DNA of 64,000 nucleotides from positions 124,001-188,000 of the forward strand of contig JBEWZL010000077.1 of the NCBI GenBank assembly GCA_045837725.1. The letters run 5' to 3'. The position numbers were made by a program, and so were the translations under genes. Position 1 is the first letter of the stretch, and every line of letters starts with the position of its first letter. This DNA comes from Vermamoeba vermiformis (lineage: Eukaryota). Below, in pieces: positions 39,901 to 53,180 of the stretch. Below the pieces are notes generated by a model. That model made no database searches, was not told the DNA's origin, and worked only from the letters and a program-made list of their open reading frames with translations.

Positions 39901-40775
39901 CGCTTCTGTTGGTGTGCGCTTGAAAGAAGGAGCTAAGTGGAGTTGGAGAACCAAATAGCTGAAATCCGTTCCATAGTACCACTGGACGACCAGTTGCTAC
40001 AGTTCCGATATTAATGGTCATACTGGCAACGCATTTCTAAATTTTTGTTGGTTACAGTAAATTCCGGGAAGGGGTGTCAACTTACTTCGCCAGTATAAAC
40101 TTTACAATTCGGATGTATAAACGCCCCATATCCTCTAGTGTCAGTTCCATAGTAGGTAGCCTGAGTTACTCCACCTTTTGTGATCCAATTTTCAACGTTG
40201 ACACCAACATGACCCAAAGGCCCGTTAACAACAAGTGAGGAGGCTGCAAGCTTTTAATTATACCATTTCGTTTTTTTTTGCGAACAGCTTACCGTTAGAG
40301 ACTTTGTCAGAATAAACCCTGATGAATCCAACTGTTAGATCTTTAACGACGACGACTCCTTGGTTTGCTTCTTCAATCTCATCAGATGCACCATCGACGC
40401 ACATGTACATTGGAGGGATCAAAACATCCGCAGCGGGGTTCGTATTATCTACCGATACAGAAACAATAATGTCTCCAAGTTTGTAACGCCCTAAAAATGG
40501 AATAAAATCAGAATATTAATATTCATACATTTCGAAGCAATGTGGCTGATTTGTAGTAATTATTACTATGACCTACCTGGGCAACTAGGTTTATAAACCT
40601 CATAATGAGGTGTCCCTCCGGTAGTGAGGACCGTATCATCAGTGAAGTTGCCAACGTAAAGCCAGCTCGATGTAGTGTATATTTGCAACGTAGACACTGA
40701 ATTAAAGAATATAAATAAAAATAAGGATGTTGCCAGTCTGAACCATCTGGAGCGGTTCGAGCAGATCTGCACCAT
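36934..40775 (-). CDS. Receptor kinase K5 (inverted paralog)
   Basis: Signal MVQICSNRSRWFRLATSLFLFIFFNSVST, YKPSCPG|RYKLGD, EGF and CGN..LD..EECD repeats, TM VVPAVVGGSAAVIAGAVVFVVLM-RRKRRK, full kinase motifs. Confidence 0.9.
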
Positions 40776-41006
40776 CGGGCAACTAATAAGCGAATTTAAT
40801 TTTTGACCGCTGTGGTTGTAATCACCACAGATTTAGCAGAACTGATGTTCACCGTATCGTCTCTAAAACAGTTGATATGTGAAACACAAGCATGTGACAT
40901 TCGGATCACAAACTAAATCAATGTAAAACGATTTTTATTATCCACAATCAACAAAACAATACATGATATATCACAATTTAATACAATATTATAATGCAAA
41001 CCCCTT

Positions 41007-42830
41007 CTACTGCGAGGCAATAGCAGAGTTTTGAGGGTGTTTCAAAACGTCCAACAAGCGAGGGTAGACCACCTTGTGAACGTCTTTGGCCCACATAAAG
41101 TCGAGGTGCTCATATTCGGGAACCTCTTCAACGTGCACCAACTTGTCAGGATTCAGATCCTTGATGATACTCTTGATGTTCGGAAGAGTGTCACTAGTGC
41201 CGTAGAACAAAGCAACGGGGCACTTGATCTGATTGGTGTGATATACGGGAGGTACTTGGCCACTGTATTCATCGCCAGTATTGCACTCTTGATAGTCGTC
41301 GTACATCTGGAACTTTCGACTGCGCATGATCTGGAACCAGTGAACTACGGTCTTAACAGATCCATAGGAGTAAATATGCGAGTACAATAACGACTTCTCG
41401 GCGGGATCGATTTTCTTAGCGTGCCAATTGAACAAGAAGGCCGTGCACATATCAATGGTCTATTAAATTCACAGAGTCAGAAAATACTACGAACTGCGTG
41501 ACAAGAAGGAATTCCAATAGTATTAGCAGAAATATGTGTATACATACCTTGACAAAGAAATCTCGATCGAGCTTCTTTCTCCAGAACAAAGTGATAGGGA
41601 TGAATGCCTTTTTGCCGAACATGTGGAACAACACATCCGGACGGGTGCGAGACAAGACGTCAACCAACGGGTTTTGAAGGGGAAGGACCTTGCTAGCAGG
41701 AGCCAAGGCCACGAATAAATTGACGCGCTCTGCGAGCTCAGGGAAGCGAGAGAAAGCTCCAAAAGCTTGAGCAGATCCTTGAGAGAAACCGATGTAGGTG
41801 AGCTTAGGAACTTGAGTCACCTTCAATACGTGCTGAAGCATGGCAGGAACGTCTTCGGACATCAATTCATCGAGTGACCAGTCCCAGAAACGCTCTTCAG
41901 TTGGTTTGTAAGTCTTGTGCTTGTGCGAGTACTTGTTGCCTCGGTTGTCTAACAGAGCGAAGTTAATATCATTAATACTTGGAAATATTAGCAGAGTTGC
42001 GATTGCATAACACTAGGACCACATTAATATTAAGCTAGACTTACTTCCAAGCCAAACGTCGTAACTAGATTCGTAAAATAATGCGTTAGTAAATACGGCG
42101 CTTAAATGGAATGATTGATAACTTACCCACTATCGGCCAACACAAAGGCCAAGTTTTGTTCAGGTTGCTTGCGGATTAAGAAAGTCTCGCTGCATTGAAG
42201 AAATCCGTGTTGTAAGAACACAACGGGTCTTGGCTCGTTGCCTTGCTGATCATTATTGCGACCATGAGGGATTCGCTATCAATTGATTAGATTAGAGGTA
42301 ACGAGAGAAGAGAATCGGAGGTCTCAAAACGGCGTAGATCTCCGTTAAATTAGATCCGGTAAAAAATTTTCTCCCATTCACGATAAAAACCGAAAAACGC
42401 TTGCAAACCGATTATGAGTTTACAAAAATATGTTATTACCGAATAAAATGGTTGCGAATTTTTACCTGCAAGCCCAAAAGAAATCCGTCTTTTGTAATGG
42501 CGGTATGCTCTTCAACGGGGTAACCTTTGGAGCGAATTAAATCAGCTGCATCCTTTTCCATATCAGGGTCTTCTTTGGCGGACGTGAGTTGCAGTTTGTC
42601 TGCAGTCCAGGATAAGCCGCTAATTATTGAAAACGTTAGTCAATCTGGATCTCCCACCACCCGAAACCATTCAATTTCGCTTGTAACGATTATTGTACTA
42701 ACCTTTTAACATATCCAGTTGGGACGAATTTAAATAGCAACGATACAACTTGACGCAAGGTAGTTTCGCAGATCAGAAACAAAATAATCAAGATGAATCG
42801 GCCCCAACGGATAAACAAGCTGAGAGCCAT
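41007..42830 (-). CDS. Alpha/beta-hydrolase lipase, lysosomal acid lipase/sterol esterase family
   Basis: N-terminal hydrophobic anchor, TKDGFLLGL, VFLQHGF, DVWLGxNRGNKYS, nucleophile GFSQG, catalytic D (GTSDTL) and H (YEHLDF). Confidence 0.9.
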
Positions 42831-43741
42831 CGTCTTAATGTAGCGAGTACTTTTGTTGAGTAATGAGCAGAGGCAGGTGTTGTGGCTCTGTTCGGGGTAA
42901 AAAATTTATAAATAAGCTGCAAACCGGAGGCTTTTTGTCGCGCACATTTTCGTTGGGAGGAAATCTTGTTTTAATGTCGGTTAGCGGAACGCGCGTGATC
43001 TACAAAATTGAATGGAAAAATCGTTCATTTCCGTCTAGAACAAGAATAATAGGCCTATTTTAAGACCTCGAGATTTTTACGAATCAAATTCATTCGCCCT
43101 ATTTGGTATTGTTCCTAAGCTTGTATGATTGTAAACCTGGTTGATCGGCTCGGAGAGGGCATGTCACTTTTTGACATTGTCAGAAATATTCGCCCACCAA
43201 TAACCACAACCACAATGGCACTACCAAGTTTAAGTACTCTAAGGAGCTTGTTATTTCATTTCCCCGCCTGCAAAAAGAAACAGAATAGCATCGCCTTGCG
43301 CTTACACTGCTTGAGCAAAAATAATAGGTGCCGAATGTGGCCGAATAATGGATATTATTTATGGCTTAAATGCAGGGTAAGTGTCGCGACGTAAATCCAA
43401 AAAAAATCTTCCGAATTTTTTCTTTTTATCTCGCGGGGAGGTTTATCATCTTTTCGTGTTGTTTGTTGACCTACTATTTTTTTGAAGCCGTAGAACACCA
43501 CGTAAGTCTCGCGAGACACAAATCCAAGAGTGATCTCGATCGTTGCTTAAATCCAAAACCACTTCCTTCAAATATTGCAAAAAATGAAAATAATACGATG
43601 CTCGCCTTTAATCCTTCGACGGTCAACGATAAAGCGAGCAACAATTAAATTTATTAGTACACGAAAATATTAAGATCTGACCGTTTAATCATTTAGGAAA
43701 GAGCTTAAATTGTGAATCCTACGTAATTCGGCTTGCCCAAC

Positions 43742-46700
43742 ATGTCGATTCAACTGAAAATTATGGTTGTTTCTACCGGTGCAGCAAAAGTGCTTCGTTT
43801 TGCTCCGGATATGTCGGTACACGAAGTAATTAAAGAAATTAAAGTCAAAACAGAGACCGGAGGAGCAGACTTTGGATTATTTCAACCAGCTTTGAATGGA
43901 AAGAAAGCGAGATGGCTGCAAAAACATCGTACTCTGAAGTACTATGATATTGGCAACAACGTATGTAGTTAAATACGAAGACTGCTTTCTTAAATTACTA
44001 AAATATTTATACAATTTTTTATATGAGCTTTGTATCTATTGCAAAAAGCTAACTGCGATCTCATCCAGGCCGAATTGGAATACAAGAAAAAGACTCGCAG
44101 ATTGAAGGTCAAATTGCCTGATGATACTATCAAGACCATTTTGATAGATGACTCGGGCTTCTTAAAAGAAATTGTTCGCACTGTCGCAGAAAAACTCGAT
44201 ATCAAGACAAATTCCGAAGAGTGGGGTCTCAGGCGAGAAAATAAGCCAGACAGTAAGTTAGATGCATATAATACTAATGGCACGTGCTAATAGTCTTATT
44301 TATAGATTTGTTCTTAAATGATGCACAAACTTTGCAAGACCAAGATGTTTTAGACGAAGAGGAAACCCTTCTCTTCGAGAAGAAACTCTACGGCATGGAC
44401 AATACAGATATGAGCGATCCTATTGTGTTGCATTATTCTTACGTCCAAGTATGTAATAGAGCGATCGTACTGTTGGAATTCATTTTCTAACGTCGTTTTC
44501 AAGGCCAAAAAGCGCATTGTCGAAGGAAAGTATCCGTGCCAACGAAATGAAATCATTGCTCTCGCAGCATTGCAAGCACAAGTTATTTATGGAAACTACG
44601 ATCCTGAGAAACACAAGCCTGGTTTCATCAAGTATGTCCCGTTGTTAATTACTACTCGAGAACTAACGTGGCCTCAGGCTGGCGGATTTCATCCCTCCTC
44701 AATGGATTAAAAACAAGAACATCGAAAAGGATGTCCTTGCTGAATACAAGAAATTCGGGGGCATGACCGATGTTCAATCTAAATACAGATACCTTCAAGT
44801 TGTCAAGTCACTCAAGACCTACGGTGTCACGTTCTTCGATGTACGCCAAGAGTTCAAGGACGCCAAGGGCAAGGAAAAGTTCGTGCCTGTTACCTTGGGT
44901 TTCAACAAAAACAAAATAATTCTCGCGGACTTCGAGACGAAGCAATACACTAACGAATGGGCCTTCAATCAACTGAAGAAATGGACCGCGAGTGTTAGCG
45001 TCGTGACTTTCGACTTCGGTGATTGGCACAACGAAATAGTAATTTTGCACACCACCGAAGGTGATAATATTGCACGCCTGCTCAACAACTACATTGACTT
45101 GATTCTAAAAGCTCGTAAAGGTACGTGTCGAATGTGCACTCAAGAATGCAGCATTACTAACTATTGAACAGACTCGTCACTTGAGCAAGTTGAAGAAGAT
45201 ATCCAAACTGCCACTGAGGAAATGTATGCTGCTCAAGAGGGCTCCATCAGCATTACTAATACGGCCGGTCAAACTGCTGTCATCGGTACACCAATAGCTG
45301 TCAATATTCGCAATTCTGGCGCGGGTACACCTGGCTCCCTGCTGAATCCCGCATATCCCCAAGCACAAAGAGTTGCTGTCAATGACTTGAGCTCTGCTGT
45401 TAAGTCGGCGCATGCGTTGTTCGAGGAAATGGGAACTGGCCTTGAGAGCTTCGAGTCCAAGGGTGTTCTTACTTCACAACAATGGATGGATCAAATGTCA
45501 CGAACGCAAGACAGCTTGATCTCTAATCTTACAAACTTGATGAATGCAGCTCGCTTGGACGCATCCCTTTTCAATCGCTCGGTCGTAGACAACATTTCCA
45601 AACAAGTCAGTGTTGAGCTGTTTGGTTTGGCTGCAGCTGCCAAGAACATCGCAAAACTCGACGATGATATCCCTCTGTTGGAAGGTACCCGATCAGTTGC
45701 GTTAGCTATTAGCAAGATGCTGGAGACCGCCGAGCAGCTCTACTTGGCTCCTGGAGACGCTCAACTAATTGCCGAACTTGTCGAAGCCGAGAAACTTTTG
45801 CAATTTTCCATCACCAGAATTAATGAAGTCAAGCAAGCCCGCCTTGCAGATAAAGGAGCCCAATTGCTGATGTTCGAGTGCATGAACAACATTTCGATGG
45901 CTTTAGACGACATCGTCAATACCTCCAACAAAGCCACTGCTGAATTAGATGCAATCCGAAAAGCACCAGTTGAGAAGGAGATCGCGAACCTCAACTCAAA
46001 CCGCGAATGGTACAAGGACACTATGAACACTCTCATTCCCGTTGCCATAACACCTGACATTAAGAAGCAAATTGTTGCCTCTGCACAAGGCATGGGCGAC
46101 CTTGGTATCAAGCTCGCTGGTGTCACTAAAAGTGCTGGTGTTAACAACTGGCATTTGGGAGCCCTCGACAATGCCATCAAGAACATCCAAGAAGCCATTC
46201 GCCAAATGCAAGACGCTGTTGACACAGCTGAACAAAGAGGTGCTGCGGAGAATGCTCTCGATTTGCACTCATCGGTTAACATGATGTTGGCCACGATGAA
46301 TCAGTTGAAGGGTAACATGACAGACCCGATCAAGTTAGTCAGCCTAGTCAAAGCTGCTGTTGGCACGAACAACAACTTGATAACTATTACTGAGAAGCTT
46401 GCCTTAGCTAGTGATGACACCATTCGAGAGCGCCTATTGAAGTCAGGAAAGAACTTGGCGGAGGCTATGTCCAAGTTAGTCGACTCTGCTAGAAAAGTGC
46501 GCGAAAACCCTGAAGACAAGTTGGCTCAGCAACTCTTGGGGAACACTTCGATGCGCATTGAAAATTTGGCTCAAGACCTTCTTAATGATGCTGGTGAGAT
46601 CGCTGCCCTGACTGCCTTGCGTTACTACTCCAAGGCGGCCACTGCAAGTATGATCAAATGGAATGCAATCTCAAAGCAAGCAACTCCTATTGTCACCGAC

Positions 46701-49700
46701 CCCGCTACCCGAACACCAATATCCAAGGCAACTGTCGATGCACGAAATGCAATGCAATTCATAATGCCTGCCATCAAGAAGGCTGGTCAATTCCCTGACA
46801 ACAAGGCAGTGCAACAAGAGCTTTGGCAAGCCGCCCAACGAGCTCTTCCCGCGTACAAAGAGGCCGTTAACAGTGGTCGCAAGGCTGAAAGATTTATTTC
46901 CGACCCCAAGACGAAACAAGATTTGACATTGGTAGACAACGAGTCCGAAGAACTGAACAAAAAGCTCGAAGAAGCTTGCAGAGCCGTCGCCGACTTGGGA
47001 AGCCAAAGCGAATTGGACGATGCCATGATTGAGTTCGAGACAGCCATTGCCTCATTAGACTCGGCTGAATTCTCAGCGAAGCAAGGCCTTCTCGTCGCGC
47101 CACCTGGCCAGACTCGTGACAGCGCACTTAAAGAGATGACTGCTTCGTTAAAACGCGTTGACACTAGCTTCGATAATATCGTTGCCACAGCCAAACGAGG
47201 AGGCAAACTTCCCGAAGTTGTTCGAAACACCGCCAATGGCATTAGTCAGCTCACCACTGCTGTCAAGTCTATGGCAGGAACAGTCACCGATAGAACTACT
47301 CAAAAGAGAATTATTGCCGCTGCTAAAGTGCTCGTCACAGACACTATGAACTTGATCACTGCCGGACGTGTGTTGGCTATTGACTCAAAGAACCAGGACA
47401 AGGCTGTTGAATTAGACAAAAATCAATGGAAAGCCAAGTCATCGTTGGGAACGCTTGGCGCAAGTGCTAAGGGTCTCGACACTCGCGAGTGTGACGACGC
47501 AATGCTTTTGATCCAGAATGAATTAATGAAGTTGACTGGCGAGGACAATACCACCATGCCCTTCCAACAAGCTGCTGAAGGCTTAACTTCAGTCTGCAAA
47601 GCCTTGACTGCTGCTGCTTCCCAGCTCGTTGTTATGGCCCAAGGCAACCCTCGTGGCCTTGGTACCTCAGCGAAGATCACAGCTGCAACCTTCACTCAGT
47701 TGATCCAAGCTGCAAACATCGCTGCTTCCAACTCAAAAGACAAGAAGATCAGCGGTGACATCTTGGACGCAGCTCGCAACTTGGCTGAATCTATCACCAG
47801 TTTGTTGAACTCGGCTAAATATGCTGCTGCTGAAGCTGATGAAGCCTCTTATGCCAACTTGGCTTCGAGTAACACTCAGGCCACGGAGTCTATTCAAAAA
47901 GTCATGGCCTCGTTAGGTGGTGTGACTGCACCTGAATGCGATGAAGCTATTAGAATGATCATGGACGCTGTACAATTGCTCGATCGTGGTGATATGGAAG
48001 GCATTGCTGGCAAAGGTCGCGGTGAAGTATTGAACGACGTCAGCACTGCCGCGAAGAGTTTGGCTCAAATCACCAACCACATTGTCTCCTCTGCTAAGGT
48101 GAGCACGGGCAAGCTCGGCATGTTTGCTAAGCAAGCGGCTGGTGTCATTGTTGAACTGCTAGCCACTGCACGCGCTGCCAACAAGAAGCCTGAAGGCGAA
48201 GTAGGACTTTCAGAAGACGCCAGTATTGTACTCAAGTGCACTACCCTAATCATGCAAGACACCACCGACACCAACAAAGTCGTCGCGGCTGCAAAGAAGG
48301 CCGCTCTCTCAACGTCCAAGTTGATCGCTGCCAACAAGGAAGTCGCCAAGAACTTGCCACCCGAGCAAAAGATTCGACAACAAAACCTCGTTCAGGCCAT
48401 CAAACTCATTGCTGATGGTGCCAGTCGCTTGGCTCAAGCTGCTCAAATGTCTGCCAAGAAGACACCTGAATCCATTGAAGAGCTTATTGTTGCTGCTAAA
48501 GACTTAAAAGAGAAGACTGTGCGGCTCGAAGAACTCGCTAGCTCTGGCTCAGACACATTGTCAGCTGAAAGCGTCGATCCACAAGTCGTGAAGCAACTGT
48601 CATCCACTTCAAAGACCGTTGCTGTGTCTACCTCCGAACTCATTCGTGCTTCAGCTGTTGTTTCAGCCAAGAACTCTCCGATCGCAGCACAAGACATGGC
48701 AGCTGCCACAAACTCCGTGAGTGAAGCCATTCAAGCCTTGATGGGCGTTTCCTCCGCCCTCAATCCTGGTGTTCGTGAATGCGAGAAGGCGATTGAAGTC
48801 CTCACCACGGTCTTGTCCGACTTTGACGCAGCCAACATTGCGCTCACTGTTGGTCAATTGCAAGTCAAATTGCCTCCCAACAAGACACCTCAAGCCGTGC
48901 AAAACGATATGGTTAACATTGTCAAGGACATTGCTGAAGATATTCGCAATGCTTCACAAAGTGCCATTTCTGGTGACGCAGCGACACTCATGATCGCCAC
49001 CAAGAACCTTCAAAATCGCATGCCCATCATGGTCCGCATTGCCAAGGCCGTTGCTTCTACCTACCCCAATCCTCAAGAACAAAAGGACTTGATGAACTTT
49101 GGCAAAGAGGCCTCGAGTGCCGTGCTCGACATGCTCAAGGCTTGCAAGGCAGCAAACCCGAGTGAAAAGAACTCGATTGACGCCGTCAAGTCTACCAGCG
49201 AGACAGCTTCTCAGTCCGTGGCCAAGTTGTTGAACTCATTGCAAACTGGTGCCACGTTGATGAAGGACATTGACACGATGCTCGCTAGCTTCAAAGAGAT
49301 CGTAGCTAGTTTGCCCACACCACTCGAGTCTAAGCCCGCAGGCACTTACCAAGCTTGCCGTGCTGAATTGATGACATCAGCTCAAGATTTAGCCTCAGGC
49401 ATCATCAACCTTAACAAAGCCAATAAGACCAGTGTTGGCGAAGTTGGTCTTGTCATTGGTCGATTAGGCGAGGCCGCGCCTAAATTGGGTGAAGCCATTC
49501 GTAAAACAGCTGCTCTTACAGCCGATGAAACAGCACGCCAAGGCATTTTGAACGCGGGCAAGAAAGTCATTGACTGCACTTCCATGTTGTTGAACTCGAC
49601 TAAGCGCATTATTCAAAACCCCAATGACGCGCGCGAACAGAACTTGATCAAGAATGCTTTCAATGCAGCCAACAGCTCGATTGGTGAGTTGATTACAGCC

Positions 49701-51392
49701 GCTAAGAAGGGAGCCGTGGGTGAGATGATGATGGACAAGGCTATTGAAGACATCGACACGGCCACTGGCAACTTGAACACAACCTCTATCTTTGCTCAAG
49801 CTGGCCAATTGGAAGTGCCCAAAGAGGCCCTTTCAGCCACCATGCAACAGCTTGAAGCTGGCCTCGTCACTGCAGCCAAGAAGATCGTCACATTGTGCGC
49901 GCACTTGAACAGATCTGCCACCATGTCTGAGGAAGGCATGGGCAAGTTGGCACGAGATCTTGCAGCATGTGTCACCGACGTGTCGAACAAAGCCATTCAA
50001 GCTGCTAGCCGTGTACCCGACTCTATCTCACAGCAAGATATCTTAAGCTCTGCTAAGGCCGTCGCAATTGCCACGCACCAAATCTTGTTGTCAGGCAAAG
50101 ATGTGCAACGAACTCCTGGTGACAAGACAGCAGTGGACACGCTCAATTCTTCACAGACTGGCGTTGCTGAAGCTGTGAACCAATTGGTCAACACCACGAA
50201 AGGTGCCTCGGCTGAGTTCGCTCGTGGTGAAATGGAGTTGGAGAACGCTAAGAAGGCCATTGAAAAGGTCATCCAGCACACGCCTGGTCAGCTTGGAGCT
50301 AAGCCTGAAGATGTCCTGGCCTCGTTGAGAATGATCACTGACGCCACTGCCAACATTGTCTTTGCGAGCAATCAAGAGGACCTTGTCAAGGCCGCTAAAG
50401 AAGCTTCAGCTGGTGTAGACAAGATGATGAATGCAGCTCGTGGTGCCGCACAATTGAGCACAGATCCTGCCATTCGCAACGGCATTGCCACCAGCTGCCG
50501 TGAAACAGCACGCGCCATGTTGAACTTGTTGGAGGCTGGTAAATTGAACCGTCAAGATCCCAGCACTCAATCCAAACTTGAAGAGGCATCGGGAGGTGTC
50601 ACAAACTCGATTCAAAACGTTGTCACTGCCCTGCGTGCCTTGCCTAACGCCAATGACTTGTCACTTGAAGAGAGCTCAAACTTGGAAGCATTGGCCGAGA
50701 GTGAATTATTGGCTGCCGCTAAAGTCATTGAAGAGGCCGCTAAGACGCTCATGAATGCCAAACCTCGTCGCACTAAGCCCAAGGTCGAAGGCATTATTGA
50801 CGAAGAAGACATTGTGGACGCGATTATCGACGCTTCACGTGCCATCACGAGTGCCACGGGTAACTTGGTTCAAGCAGCCACAGTCGCACAAAAGGAGCGT
50901 AAGGCCTCGTTGAACACTGGTGCTGCGCTCAACAAGTACCGCAACGATCCGACTTGGGCCAACGGTCTAATCTCTGCTGCCAAGAACGTCGCTGGTGGTG
51001 TGAAAATGCTGGTGCACGCTAGCAACGCAGCTGTGCAAGGCAAGGCGCAAGAAGAACACTTGGTCGCTGCTGCACGTGCTGTCGCATCAGCCACCGCGCA
51101 CTTGGTGACCGCGTCACGTGTCAAAGCAGATTCGAACAGCAAAGCGCAACAAAATCTCACGACTGCTGCCAAGGCCGTGGCCAATGCGACCAACGAGCTC
51201 GTCAAAGCAGCACAACACGCGTCAAACTTCGAGAAAGAAGAAGAGGTCGTGGCTGTGGGCAGTGGCATTGCTGTGGACACGCAGTTGTTCAATCAACAAG
51301 CGGAGATTTTGAAACTCGAACGCAAGTTGCAACGTGCTCGTCAAGATTTGAGCAAGATCCGCAAAGAACGATACAACGACAACAAGAACTAA
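43742..51392 (+). CDS. talA: Talin
   Basis: FERM head (MSIQLKI...FGLF, LHYSYVQAK..I.EGKYPC, AALQAQ, YLQVVKSLKTYGVTFF, WTAS, TTEGDNIARLLNNYIDLILK). Long Ala/Leu-rich helical-bundle rod and a C-terminal I/LWEQ domain (YRNDPTWANGLISAAK, LVTASRVKAD, ILKLERKLQRARQDLSKIRK). No villin headpiece. The symbol follows Dictyostelium naming and is not a tested orthology. Confidence 0.95.
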
Positions 51393-52071
51393 GCGGAACA
51401 TAGTGAGGAACATAGCATTTATATGTATTGTAAATATCAAAGTAGATAAAATAATATTACATAAGCTGGCTTCGGTTAATCACATCCGACGGCAGAGGCT
51501 CAACATCCAAGTACCAGAAGCTTTTGCTTTCGTTCAGACTGCAGAGATGTCAATAGCGCTGACAGTAGAGTGGAGCTAGCAAGCAATCCATTGAATAGTA
51601 GCCTGGCTGGGATTGTTCTTCGGTGAATCCATTCTCGATCAGTGTTGGGACCGACCCCAGAATAATCGCAGAGGCTCGAGTAAATGTAAATCCAACGTCC
51701 ATGTGCATTGAGCACGTTGATTACGAAGAGATTGAATTTACAATTGAATGAAAAACAACACGCGTGCGCACCAAGATCACATCCAAAAAACCAACCAAAA
51801 CACTTCTCTGGTTACTCTACTAGTCGCTTAAACCTCGTGCACTGCTTCAACGAGACAAAAATCTCAGCAGAATGTAGGAGTTGAACCTACTTAAGCAGAC
51901 TAGCAGATTGTGCAAAGAGGAATATTTCGAGCTGGATTTGGATGGAAAAGAAAATTGCATTTTTAATTCTTACCGTTACACTTACCCGTTCATTACTATA
52001 CTTTACCGTTTTATTTACAAACCTATCTTGGACTATGCTACAGCTGGTGCTACGAACTGAAATTCAAGCAC

Positions 52072-52852
52072 TTAAAAGTCTGGCGAGATCAACAGATCTC
52101 CGGTCTCGAAATAGAACATATTGATCAGATCGTCATCGCTCCACCTACCTGACATGACCGGCTTTAAAAATAAATAATCGTTAATTGATAAACTAGATAA
52201 TTAAAAATTTCAAATGAAAGAAAAAAGGGGATGGCGCGCACAACTTATCCTTAAACAGAATTACCTCTATACTTACGTCTATACTTACTTCGATGTTACC
52301 ATGAATAAGTTGATCGCTTACCGGGTCTACTGGCGGGCTGTGAGCCACTTGAGGTGACGAGCAGGACGATGCGACTTCAACTTCTGCCGAGCTGATGGGC
52401 TCTTCGCTAGGGAGATCAATCTCGTGACTTACGAGCTCTTCAAACACGTCATTATGAGTTTTGGGTGTTGCAGGGATGTAGACGACAGCCTCTGGTAGTT
52501 TCGGAGATTGATCTTGAACCGATTCAGATTTTCTTTTCTTTGGCTGCGGACCGTTCTCTTCGACCCATTTCTTCTTTTCCTCTTCAGCCAGTGTTTGATA
52601 ATATTGTCTTTCGTCGGGATGAAGCTGTTTCCACATTATTGCGAGAAGCTTGGTAATTTCTGCATTTGAATGCTTTGGAAACTCAAGATACAATCGCGGG
52701 CGAATAGCGCGACAAAAAATCATGTAGCTGCATGGTGGTGATTTGGGCTTTGAGTCGTCATCATTGCGTTTTCTCTTTCGTGGAGGCTTTGGATTGACAT
52801 TCGGATGTTTTTCCAAAAGGAACTTCGTTGTTGGTGCGTTAATTTCTTGCAT
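52072..52852 (-). CDS. HMG-box protein
   Basis: PKSPPCSYMIFCRAIRP...SNAEITKLLAIMWKQLHPDERQYYQTLAEEEK with basic NLS. The last exon is inferred at ~52149-52072; the unspliced ORF ends at 52193. Confidence 0.85.
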
Positions 52853-53180
52853 CGTCTACATAAATAAAATTAGTAATCATATTATATTAATCTAGGAAGA
52901 AACTGCATTTTAATAAATTAAGAAATTAATAAGATCGCAGGCATGCAGCGAGTAACTGCTTAGCTACGAGATCTAGTAGCCTTATTTGATATACTTACGT
53001 TATGAGGCGTTGTGGTGATGTGTATTGGTGTCTGTGCACGAATGTTGTGCGAGGCGGAAATTCAACAAAGCCAAAAATTTATCAATTTTATCACTAAGTC
53101 ACGCACGCTGCTTGGTTGGCCTATAGTATGATAGAGAGATGCTCGCGAGCACAACCATACGACTTCCTAGCACTTGCCGT

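Noticed and set aside
45269-51440. Many antisense and alternate-frame ORFs within talin
   Set aside because: They are shadows of the Ala/Leu-rich 6-kb talin exon.
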